A DNA stretch of 64,000 nucleotides from Phaeosaccion multiseriatum (lineage: Eukaryota; Protista; Ochrophyta, other classes): assembly GCA_965112735.1 (NCBI GenBank), contig OZ218951.1, positions 4,650,001-4,714,000 on the forward strand. The letters are read 5' to 3'. Every line of letters begins with the position of its first letter. The stretch's first letter is position 1. Below the pieces are notes generated by a model that saw only the letters and a program-made list of their open reading frames with translations, did not search any database and was not told the origin of the DNA. Position numbers and translations under genes: made by a program. Shown here in pieces: positions 12,734 to 22,179 of this stretch.

Positions 12734-13246
12734 CGGCCCCGTGCACGCCTAGCGGCCTAGGCCTATTTTGGAAAATTGCCCGGCCTAGCGAGGGCCGTAG
12801 GCCCTCGGCCTATTTATAGGCCGCCTAGGCGGCGGCCTAGGCGGGGGCCTGAGGCCCGCGGCCTAGGGCAGACGCCAACTAGGCGCAGGTCCAGGGCGGG
12901 AATATGCTCATATGCCCCTGGGCTGGCCGTGAACCCGCCCAAGTGTCGTCAGTTTTAAGCAAATGTATTGCATGGGACAAGTGAGGAGTAGACTTGGTTC
13001 GTATTGTCTCTTTCCGCCTCGCTGGCCCTACGAGGAGTGCAGGCCTAGAGGTGTGCTGCTACCCACTGGCTGGGCGGCACCACGCACGCGCCCACGGTCA
13101 CTGGGAGGCTGCCTAGAGGCGGGCTATAGGCCGCCTAGGGCTGAAAAGTGAGCGGCCTAGAGCGGCCGGAGGCCGCCGGCCTAGGCCTATTTCGGCCGAA
13201 GGCCGAGCGGCCTAGCGGTCTAGGCCGCTAGGCGTGCACGGGGCGG
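12734..13246. mobile_element. MITE / non-autonomous TIR element, copy 1 (hAT-like)
   Basis: Terminal inverted repeats CGGCCCCGTGCACGCCTAGCGGCCTAG ... CTAGGCCGCTAGGCGTGCACGGGGCGG, many subterminal GGCCTAG / GCCGCCTAG repeats, and no transposase. Confidence 0.88.
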
Positions 13247-13313
13247 AGTGTGTGGGCGTGTGTCTCTGGGTGGCAAGTTGGTGATACAAAAAGGTCGGAA
13301 AAGGAAAAAAGAA

Positions 13314-13689
13314 AAAAAGTAGTTCAATAGTTTTCGAGCAGAGCGAGTTTACGAGTCGATAGTATCGAAAACCTATTTTCGGGAAACGGGGAGGACTGGC
13401 AGTTACAGTGTTACAGTCAAGAAATGGTTGAAGGCAAGGGTACGCCGCGCCGACTGACGCAAGGGGCCTAGCGGCCCGCTCGACACGTAGGACGCCCACC
13501 CCACCGGGGTATAGCAAGAATCTAGCATTCACTACTGTAAAAGAGGAGGCGACGCAAGTACGGCGTCGCAAGAGTTGTAGCAAGTGCCGAAGAGCTCAGC
13601 GCGGTGAGAAGGACAGCGAAGGGGCGGAGCAGCCCAGCAGTCCACCGCGCAAAGGAGACGGCAGCGACAGCAAAAGTTTCCGGGGGACG
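13314..13689 (+). repeat. Split direct repeat A1
   Basis: Near-identical to 17662-18039 (TAGTTTTCGAGCAGAGCGAG...CAGCAAAAGTTTCC). Confidence 0.92.
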
Positions 13690-14679
13690 CCGCTCTACGA
13701 GAACGGGATCCGGGACTTTCTACGAGGCGTTTCTTTTCAGATCAGCCGTGTTTTGTGGTCTGAAGAGGAGGCACCGCAAGTTCAGCGTTGCAAGAGTCGT
13801 CACAAGTATTTAAGTGCTCAGCACGGTAAGGGCAGCATGGGGCAGCCCAGCAGCCACGGGGCGGACGGGGCTGGCAGCGATCGTTTAAGTTCCAGGGGGG
13901 ACGCTGCCGCGTTCCGACGCGGGGAGAAAAATTTAACAGAAGGCAGCTCGCCGGCGACCCGTCGTAGTATCGCAGAGGTAGCGAACGGGGTCAGCCCCAC
14001 GGGCGCTGGATGATCCGCATCGGGGCATGGTTGACCATCAGCGGGAGTTTAGTGCCGCGAGTGGGCCCCAGGGCGGGGGATGAGAGAAGATCAGTTCCAA
14101 GTTCCGCTGAGGCAGAAAGGGCAGAACGGGACGGAGGCGGTGGGTAGGGCAGCTACACCCCAGGCTCAGTCGGGCCCTGCGGTCAGCTGCGGGCCCTCTG
14201 TCACGAGCATGCGGGCGGTGGTTCGAGTGTCGAAGGCCATTGCCACTCTAGGTGGGGTTTCACCGCCCACACACGGACCAAGACGACGACGGGGGATAGA
14301 GAGTACATCAGCAACACGCAGTACAGGAGTATGCAGCGGCTGGAAGCAGGGTAGCAGCTCGAAGTGCAGCAGCAGAAGGGAGCGCAGCAGCGGGCTGCGA
14401 AGCGACGAGCAGCAGCAGGGTAGCAGCTCAGCAGCACCAGAACACCAGAAGGGAGCGCAGCAGCGGGCTGCGAAAGCAGATGGAAGTGGCACAGCTCGAA
14501 GGGCAGCAGCAGAAGGCAATGCAACAGGCAGAGCAGCCGCTTGAAGTATAGCACCCGAAGATAGTGGAACAGCGGGTTGCGAAGGTACAGCAGTATGCAG
14601 TTCAGCAGCTGGAAGCATGGCAGCAGCCGTGAGCATGGCAGCAGCTCGAAGTGCACGGGCGGAAGCACGGCAGCGGTTT

Positions 14680-15835
14680 TACGACAGATGATGGAAGTGG
14701 CGCAGCAGCTCCAAGTACAGCGGCAGAAGGCAGCGCCGCAGCAGCGGGCTGCGATGCGACGTGCAGTACGACAGATGATGGAAGGGGCGCAGCAGCATCC
14801 AAGTACAGCAGCAGAAGGCAGCGCCGCAGCAGCGGGCTGCGATGCGACGTGAGTACGACGATGATGGGAGTGGCGTAGCAGCTCCAAGTACAGCAGCAGA
14901 AGGCAGCGCCGCAGCAGCGGACTGCGATGCGACGTGCAGGACGACGATGATGGGAGTGGCGTAGCAGCTCCAAGTACAGCAGCAGAAGGCAGCAGCGGGC
15001 TGCGATGGGACGTGCAGGACGACGATGATGGGAGTGGCGTAGCAGATCCAAGTACAGCAGCAGAAGGCAGCGCCGCAGCAGCGGGCTGCGATGCGACGTG
15101 TAGTACGACAGATGACGGAGGTGGCGCAGCAGCTCCAAGTACAGCAGCAGAGGCAGCAGCGGGCTGCGATGCGACGTGCAGGACGACGATGATGGGAGTG
15201 GCGTAGCAGATCCAAGTACAGCAGCAGAAGGCAGCGCCGCAGCAGCGGGCTGCGATGCGACGTGCAGTACGACAGATGACGGAGGTGGCGCAGCAGCTCC
15301 AAGTACAGCAGCAGAGGCAGCAGCGGGCTGCGATGCGACGTGCAGGACGACGATGATGGGAGTGGCGTAGCAGATCCAAGTACAGCAGCAGAAGGCAGCG
15401 CCGCAGCAGCGGGCTGCGATGCGACGTGCAGGACGACGATGATGGGAGTGGCGTAGCAGATCCAAGTACAGCAGCAGAAGGCAGCGCCGCAGCAGCGGGC
15501 TGCGATGCGACGTGCAGTACGACAGATGATGGAAGGGGCGCAGCAGCTCCAAGTACAGCAGCAGAAGGCAGCGCCGCAACAGCGGGCTGCGATGCGACGC
15601 GCAGTACTACAGATGATGGAGGTGGCGTAGCAGCTCCAAGTACAGCAGCAGAAGGCAGCGCCGCAGCAGCGGGCTGCGATGCGACGTACAGTACGACAGA
15701 TGATGGATGGAAGTGGCGCAGCAGCTCCAAGCACAGCAGCAGAAGGTAGCGCCGCAGCAGCGGGCTGCGATGCGACGTGCAGTACGACAGATGATGGAAG
15801 TGGCGCAGCAGCTCCAAGTGCAGCAGCACAAGGCA
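14680..15835. repeat. Tandem array of about 14 units of 77-91 bp inside the YR element, flanked by degenerate GCA-rich sequence (~14300-17220)
   Basis: Recurring CCAAGTACAGCAGCAGAAGGCAGCGCCGCAGCAGCGGGCTGCGATGCGACGTGCA with two alternating variable segments. Confidence 0.92.
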
Positions 15836-17230
15836 ATGGAACAGCTGGAAGCAGGGCAGTCATCCGAAGGCAGTGGAACAGCGGGCTGCGAAGGTACAGC
15901 AGCAGCCTGAAGCATGGCAGCAGCAAAAGGCAGTCTAGCAGTGGGCTGCGATGCAGCGTGCAGTGCAGCAGCTGGAAGTGTCGCAGCAGCTCGAAGTTCC
16001 GCAGCGGAAGGCAGTGCAGCAGCTGGAAGCAGGGCAGCCGCCTAAAGGATAGCATCCGAGACAGTGGAATAGCGGGCTGCGAAGGTACACAGTATGAAGT
16101 ACAGCAGCAGTGCAGCAGCGGGCGGCGAGGCAACACGCACTAAAGCAGCTGGAAGTAGGGCAGCAGCGCGAGGTAGCAGAGGCCGGAGGCAGCGCATCAG
16201 CACTAAGTAGAGCAGAACGTAGGCAGCGGCGGCTGCGAAACGACACGTAGTACAGCAGTAGACAGCAGCGCAGCATCGATCTGCAAGGCAACGTGAGGTG
16301 CAGCAGTATGCAATGAAGCGGCTGGACACAGCAGTCCCCAGCATGGCAGCCGAAGGCAGTGCAGCCGCTGGAAGCGGGGCAGCAGCTCGTAGAGTTACTG
16401 CAGAAGGCAGTCAGCAGCGGGCCGGCGAAGCGACACGTAGATCAGCATCGGGCAGAGCCGAAGATGGAGTGCAGGGCAGAGCAGAAGCTAGAGGCAGCGT
16501 AGCGGCAGGCAGCGCAGCAGCAGGCAGCGAATCAATAGGCAGCGCAGCAGCGCGCAGTACCGGGGAAGGCAGCGCAACAGCAGACCGTGCAGCATCAGGC
16601 GCTAAGCAGCCCGCAGAAAGACGGAACCAGCGCGACAGTAGGCAGTGAGGCAACGTGCAGCATAGCAGCAGCTGAAGGCAGTGAGCAGCCGGAGGCAGTG
16701 CAGCGGTATGGCGGCGCCGCAACAGGTGGCGAAGCGACAGATAGCGCGACAGTTTGCAGCCTAGTAGCGGCAGGCAGCGCAACGTCAGGCAGAGCAGCAA
16801 GTGGCAGCGCAGCAGGAGCCGGCGCGGCAGCAGACACTGAAGCAGCACACCGCGCAGCCGCAGGCAGCGCAGGAGGAGGCAGCGGAGCAGCAGGCAGCGC
16901 CGCAGAAGGCAGAGCTGCAGCAGGCAGCGAAGCAGCATGGCAGTACAGCAACCGCCAGTGAAACAGCAGGCAGCGCAGCAGCGGGCGGCGTAGCAGTAGG
17001 CGGTTAGCCGTAGAAGGCCGCGCAACACCAGGCAGGGCAGGAGTAGGCAGCACAGCCGCAGGAGGAGCGCAGTAGGCTGGCAGTGCGACAGCGGCAGGAC
17101 CCCCGCAGAGGACAGCGTAGCAACGGCCGGCAATGCGACAGTAGGCAGCGTAGCATCACCGCAGCTGAGCAGTAGACAGTGTAGCAGCGGACAATGTAGC
17201 GTCGGGCAACAAGGCAGCAGGTTAGCACGG

Positions 17231-17460
17231 CACCTCTTCAGATCGGCGCGGCAAGGACCATCGCGGCGAGGGACTTCTCGGACGCCCAGGTACAGCGATA
17301 GGGACCATGGAAGAGCAACTGCTTCATCGTCTACACCCGCCAGAACTCGACGGAGTCAACTGAGGTAACGAATACGCTGGCCATAAGCGAGAGAATCGGT
17401 GCTGTAGAAGTTGGGGCCAGAGGGGAGACTAGGGGAGAAGGGGGGAAGGAGACATGAGAT
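17231..17460 (+). pseudogene. Tyrosine recombinase C-terminal fragment (DIRS/Ngaro type)
   Basis: The frame starting at 17233 reads PLQIGAARTIAARDFSDAQVQR*GPWKSNCFIVYTR, a decayed HSLRIGAAT..A..G.SD..IQ..GRWKS..F..YIR box II. The catalytic Tyr codon is at 17332-17334 and there is an in-frame TAG at 17299-17301. Confidence 0.82.
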
Positions 17461-17476
17461 TTCAAGCGGGTGTAGT

Positions 17477-18254
17477 TGGGAGTAGGGGCGAGGCAGACGC
17501 GTCTGCCCGCCCTGCTTTGGCACCCCCTGGAAATCGCATTTACCCCCCCTTACACAATATAAACAATTATAAGTATTAGCAGTTAGCCTGACTGAGCGAG
17601 AGAGCGCTCGAGGGGAAGGCATGGGCAGTACTAGGTGTCAGGACGTAGTGGACTGAAAAAGTAGTTTTCGAGCAGAGCGAGTTTACGAGTCGATAGTATC
17701 GAAAACCTATTTTCAGCAAACGGGGAGGACTGGCAGTTACAGTGTTACAGTCAAGAAATGGTTGAAGGCAAGGGTACGCCGCGCCGACTGACGCAAGGGG
17801 CCTAGCGGCCCGCTCGACACGTAGGACGCCCACCCCACCGGGGTATAGCAAGAATCTAGCATTCACTACTGTAAAAGAGGAGGCGACGCGAGTACGGCGT
17901 CGCAAGAGTTGTAGCAAGTGCCGAAGAGCTCAGCGCGGTGAGAAGGACAGCGAAGGGGCGGAGCAGCCCAGCAGTCCACCGCGCAAAGGAGACGGCAGCG
18001 ACAGCAAAAGTTTCCCCACCCGCCCGGCCCGGGGGGACGAGTGGGATTATCGGGAATCCAACGGGGTGGATGGGAGTAGGGGCGAGGCAGACGCGTCTGC
18101 CCGCCCTGCTTTGGCACCCCCTGGAAATCGCATTTACCCCCCCTTACACAATATAAACAATTATAAGTATTAGCATTTACCCGAGGGAGGGAGAGAGCGC
18201 TCGAGGGGAAGGCATGGGCAGTACTAGGTGTCACGACCTAGTGGACTGAAAAAG
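17477..18254 (+). repeat. Split direct repeats B1 (17477-17661), A2 (17662-18039) and B2 (18071-18254)
   Basis: B1 and B2 share TGGGAGTAGGGGCGAGGCAGACGCGTCTGCC...GTGGACTGAAAAAG; A2 matches A1. Confidence 0.92.
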
Positions 18255-18294
18255 CCTCAAGCTCTTCGCGCCCTGGAGGAAGATCCCCCTCCGA

Positions 18295-20331
18295 ATGCCA
18301 TCCTTTGAAGAGACGGCTGGGCTTGTGGACGAGTGGTATGAGGGCACGAAGGAGTGGGAGGCTTCGGGCGGGGCCAGCAGCACGGAGCACGTCCTTCTAC
18401 TACTCAAGGTGGTTTTATCCGCTGTGGACCTGAAGCGCTTTAAAAAGAAAGGCTACACTCCGCTCCATGCCCTGGCCGATATGGACAAGAGCAAGAAGAC
18501 ACGCTGCGCAGAGGAGAAGGGCATGAATATGCGGGGGAGCGTTAAGCTGCTGCAGAGTTGCGGGCTTGATATTGACACCAGGAGTGGGAACAACGCACCT
18601 TTTCCTGACCGGACGCCTCTTCACCGAGCTGCAAGGGAGGGACACTTCGACTTGGTCAAGGGACTCGTGGGAGCCGGTGCAAATGTCAGTGCGACGTGTG
18701 AGAATAGGTGGACCGCATTGAGCTTTGCTGCTGCAGGTGACCACCCCCTGATTTTGAGGTACTTGATGAGGCATGGCGCGGAAGTGGAGGGCAGCGGGGC
18801 CCTACACCAGGCAGCGTATGTCGGCAGTCCTGAGTGTGTGGAACCGTTGCTCAAGGCTGGAGCAAGGTCGAATGAGGGAGCCAGAGACGATTACACGGCA
18901 GCCCAGAAGTGCTGCATGGGTGGTGGTGAGAAGAAGGGAGGACGGGCGGAGGCCTTGTCTCTGCTGCTGGAGGGCGGTGCCAACGTGCAAGTTAAGAATG
19001 CCACTGATGCTAACCTTCTGCACCTCGCCGCAGGGAACGGCAATGTGGAGTGCATTCCTGGTCTGCTGGAGAGAGGGCTGCAGCTTGATGCCAGAGATGA
19101 CAGCATGTGCACACCGCTTCATTTTGCATGCTACGGCGGAAGATTGGCTTGTGTGAAGGAGCTCATGTTCTGTGGCACCGCTCTCGACTTGGTGGATGAT
19201 GAGGGCTGTACCCCCCTCTTCGATGCGGTCGTGGGGGGGCATGTGACGAGCGTGTCTGCGCTGATACAAGCCGGTGCCTCAGTCAAGGTGAAGAGCACGA
19301 CTGCCATAACACCTCTACACCTGGCCGCAGCTCTGGGCAACATGGAGCTGTCTTATCTGCTTGTCGAGGCTGAGGCTGAGATCGATGCTCTGACCAACAC
19401 GGGCCAAAGTCCCTTGATGGCCTGCATGCATCCTGATGAACAAGCCTTGTCACAGAAACTTGGATATTACGATGTTGGGCCAGGCAGCCAGGGGGCGCGC
19501 GAGGAGGTGGCTGAATTCCTGCTGAAGAGGGGCGCTGCCGTTGACGAGAAGGTTATCGCTTTGGCAGGAGAGAAGGGCTTCGGTGGCGTGCTTGCCTCGT
19601 TTATCAACACAAAGAGCAACAAGGTGGATGCTCTCACTGACAGATTCGACACTGTAGCGGAGCACTATTCCATCCAGAGCGGCACGCGTAGCCAAGAGGT
19701 GGTGCATGTGCGACTGATGGAGGACGTGAGTGAGGCGAAGGGAGAGAAGCTGTACGCTTTGAGCATCCCGCTGGTGGAGCAGCTGATGGAAAAGGTCAGA
19801 GAGGGAGGGGAGAAAGGAGGAGAGGATGGGACGAAGAACGCTGGCAAGGCCTCTTCTGCTGCGGGTATTCTCCCCACCTTCCTGGACCCTCCCAACTATG
19901 AGTACAGGAGCGGCAAGAAAGGAAAGGGGAAGGACAAGAAGAAAGAGGTTACGCTCAAGTACGACGGAGTGAACTTTACGGAGGAGGGCTTCGAGGCCGT
20001 GGTGAAGTTCGTCACGACGGGCAGCGTGGAGAAGCTGCTGACGAGGAGGCCTGGATCAGCAGGGAACGAGAGCAGCAGCGGTGCGGAGGGGGGCAGCAGC
20101 AGCAGCGGTACAGTGAGGAAAGAGTGTGTAAAGCTGTTTGACGAGATCAGAGCGCAGCAGGCCCTGCAGGCCGCGGAATTCTTCTGCTTGGAGGGCATGT
20201 CGAGGGAGGTGAAGACGTTGATGAGCGAGTACGGCTTTGCGCTGCAGGAGGAGAAGGGTGGGGGGGGAGGAGGAGGACGAGAGGGAGCTGATGGCGAAGG
20301 AGAGCCTTCGCGGAAGAGGGTTCGAGCCTGA
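18295..20331 (+). CDS. Ankyrin-repeat protein (about 10 repeats) with C-terminal BTB/POZ-like domain, intronless, 678 aa
   Basis: Repeats such as RTPLHRAAREGH, WTALSFAAAGDH, CTPLHFACYGG and ITPLHLAAALGN. C-terminal FTEEGFEAVVKFVTTG...ALQAAEFFCLEGM resembles BTB helices. Ends in basic SRKRVRA. Confidence 0.85.
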   Translation: MPSFEETAGLVDEWYEGTKEWEASGGASSTEHVLLLLKVVLSAVDLKRFKKKGYTPLHALADMDKSKKTRCAEEKGMNMRGSVKLLQSCGLDIDTRSGNNAPFPDRTPLHRAAREGHFDLVKGLVGAGANVSATCENRWTALSFAAAGDHPLILRYLMRHGAEVEGSGALHQAAYVGSPECVEPLLKAGARSNEGARDDYTAAQKCCMGGGEKKGGRAEALSLLLEGGANVQVKNATDANLLHLAAGNGNVECIPGLLERGLQLDARDDSMCTPLHFACYGGRLACVKELMFCGTALDLVDDEGCTPLFDAVVGGHVTSVSALIQAGASVKVKSTTAITPLHLAAALGNMELSYLLVEAEAEIDALTNTGQSPLMACMHPDEQALSQKLGYYDVGPGSQGAREEVAEFLLKRGAAVDEKVIALAGEKGFGGVLASFINTKSNKVDALTDRFDTVAEHYSIQSGTRSQEVVHVRLMEDVSEAKGEKLYALSIPLVEQLMEKVREGGEKGGEDGTKNAGKASSAAGILPTFLDPPNYEYRSGKKGKGKDKKKEVTLKYDGVNFTEEGFEAVVKFVTTGSVEKLLTRRPGSAGNESSSGAEGGSSSSGTVRKECVKLFDEIRAQQALQAAEFFCLEGMSREVKTLMSEYGFALQEEKGGGGGGGREGADGEGEPSRKRVRA

Positions 20332-20858
20332 GGTATGCGAGGTAGTCAAACCCTGACGTTCTACCGAACTGTTCTTCGGCAACATGCCCAGAAGGAGGCA
20401 ACAGGTAGAGAGAGTATTGTAGGTAGAGGAAGAAAAAAAAAAAGAGGAGGACGTAGGGTTTCCCCTTTTTACTACGTAGTACTACATAAAAAGGGAAGAA
20501 AGCATACACGAGTCTGTAAGGAGTAGACCGATACAGCTCCTATATCGTAGCTTTATCACGCTCCCGTATGGTACAAAGGAAAGGAAACTATGCTCGCTTG
20601 AAGTGGTACGCAGTGACGCGCACCTTCATCTTAACACTCGATTTGCGTAAGAATCGCCCAAATCGCCCCGGGCGATAATTTTTTTGGACGAGCTCAGGAA
20701 AATGACGCTGGAACAGGCGCTATAGCTCTTCGTGTAGGGGTCGCTTGGGGACACGCTTGGACCCCTCGTGGTGAACCTTCAAGCCGTCCCTTTCTTCTTT
20801 TCTTTTCTGTCTCCAGTCACCTAAGAAGGAAAGGAGGGGCGGGTGCGTATGTATGTGT

Positions 20859-21353
20859 CGGCCCCGTGCACGCCTAGCGGCCTAGGCCTATTTTGGAAAA
20901 TTGCCCGGCCTAGCGAGGGCCGTAGGCCCTCGGCCTATTTGTAGGCCGCCTAGACGGCGGCCTAGGCGGGGGCCGGAGGCCCGCGGCCTAGGGGAGACGC
21001 CAACTATATGCCCCTGGGCTGGCCCGGAACCCGCCCAAGTGTCGTCAGTTTTAAGCAAATGTTAAGGAAAAGGGAGGAGTAGACTTGACTTGGTTCGTGT
21101 TATCTCTTTCCGCCTCGCTGGCCCTACGAGGAGTGCAGGCCTACAGGTGTGCTGCTACCCACTGGCTGGGCGGCACCACGCACGCGCCCACGGTCACTGG
21201 GAGGCTGCCTGCCTAGAGGCGGGCTATAGACCGCCTAGGGCTGAAAAGTGAGCGGCCTAGAGCGGCCGGAGGCCGCCGGCCTAGGCCTATTTCGGCCGAA
21301 GGCCGAGCGGCCTAGCGGCCTAGAGCCTAGGCCGCTAGGCGTGCACGGGGCCG
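20859..21353. mobile_element. MITE / non-autonomous TIR element, copy 2 (same orientation as copy 1)
   Basis: TIRs CGGCCCCGTGCACGCCTAGCGGCCTAGG ... CCTAGGCCGCTAGGCGTGCACGGGGCCG. The body aligns with 12734-13246 apart from a ~29-bp indel and small changes. Confidence 0.9.
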
Positions 21354-22179
21354 ATCTCGTGGTCTGCTGGTCGCACACGCTCCTCCCTCTCCTCACCATT
21401 TTTGAGGTGAAAACTGCTGCCATAAGTGTTTCCATCTCGCCTCACCCCTTCTGCTCCACAGCACCTGCAATCGCACTCTTAGCTGCTCAACGCCGACTTC
21501 CATATGTGGGTCGTAGTCTGCTCAAAGCTATTCCTCCCTCATGGGCTCTTGCTCGCACACGCTCTTCCCCCACTCCCCCCTTGTTTGAGGCCCAAATTCC
21601 CGCCAAAGCAACGGACATTTCAGCTCCACATGTTAGCCCACCATCTCCTAAGACCGCGCTCCCAGCTTCACATCGGCTATTTGACTACATAATCCGTATT
21701 CAGCCCGAAGATTATCACCTCTTGTGTGAGCTACGCCTCTTTCTTTCTCCCTTGTTCAGGGGCAAAGATCTCGTCAACATAGCAGCACATTTCACCTCCT
21801 AAATCGCTCCATACAGACGCAACAATCAGACTTTAAGCTGCTCAACATCTAGAATACTGTCTTTGCCTAAGATCTCCCGAAGCGCTTCGCCTGTGGTTCT
21901 CTGTAGCGTGCGTAATACCTCTTTTCCTGAGCCCACTCGAATTCTACTGATCTTCTACTGACATCCAGGGCTGTTAATTGACATACAAGGGAACATGTCA
22001 TTTGTTGACTTATGTCATTTCTTTCTTTCTCCCCCTCTCTCTCTCCCCTCTCCTTTCCCCTCATTCCCTACACCTCCCTCGTCTCGCCCCACCGCCCCGT
22101 CTTCGCTAAGCTCGATTATCGCCATGTAGAGAGCCGTCAGTGTCGAGGTAGGCTCGGGTCTCCCAAGATTATGTTTCTT

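Larger units (their letters stand above)
13314..18254 (+). mobile_element. Non-autonomous tyrosine-recombinase retrotransposon (DIRS order, Ngaro/PAT-like) with split direct repeats
   Basis: A1 ~13314-13689 matches A2 ~17662-18039, and B1 ~17477-17661 matches B2 ~18071-18254, in the order A1-internal-B1-A2-B2. A YR C-terminal remnant lies just before B1. AAAAAG occurs at both ends and at the B1/A2 junction. Confidence 0.85.
12734..21353. mobile_element. Putative composite (MITE-bracketed) unit carrying a YR retroelement and an ankyrin-BTB gene
   Basis: Two direct MITE copies. ATCTCGT(T) at 12726-12733 precedes copy 1 and ATCTCGT(G) at 21354-21361 follows copy 2. Neither copy has a matching duplication on its own two sides. 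Confidence 0.65.

Noticed and set aside
14680-15835. CRISPR-like array (constant plus variable segments)
   Set aside because: The variable parts are two recurring variants rather than unique spacers. There are no cas genes, and the context is a eukaryotic retroelement.
14201-17133. Long ORFs (up to 542 aa) across the array
   Set aside because: They arise from stop-poor GCA/TGC repeats, and the frames shift between units.
13314-18039. Ordinary LTR retrotransposon with A1/A2 as LTRs
   Set aside because: There are no TG...CA ends, PBS or TSD. The duplicated B segment and the YR remnant fit split direct repeats instead.
20588-20810. snRNA candidate (ATGCTCGCTT start, AATTTTTTTGG Sm-like site, small hairpins)
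   Set aside because: No conserved U1/U2/U4/U5/U6 or SRP core motifs were recognisable. An Infernal/Rfam search would be needed.
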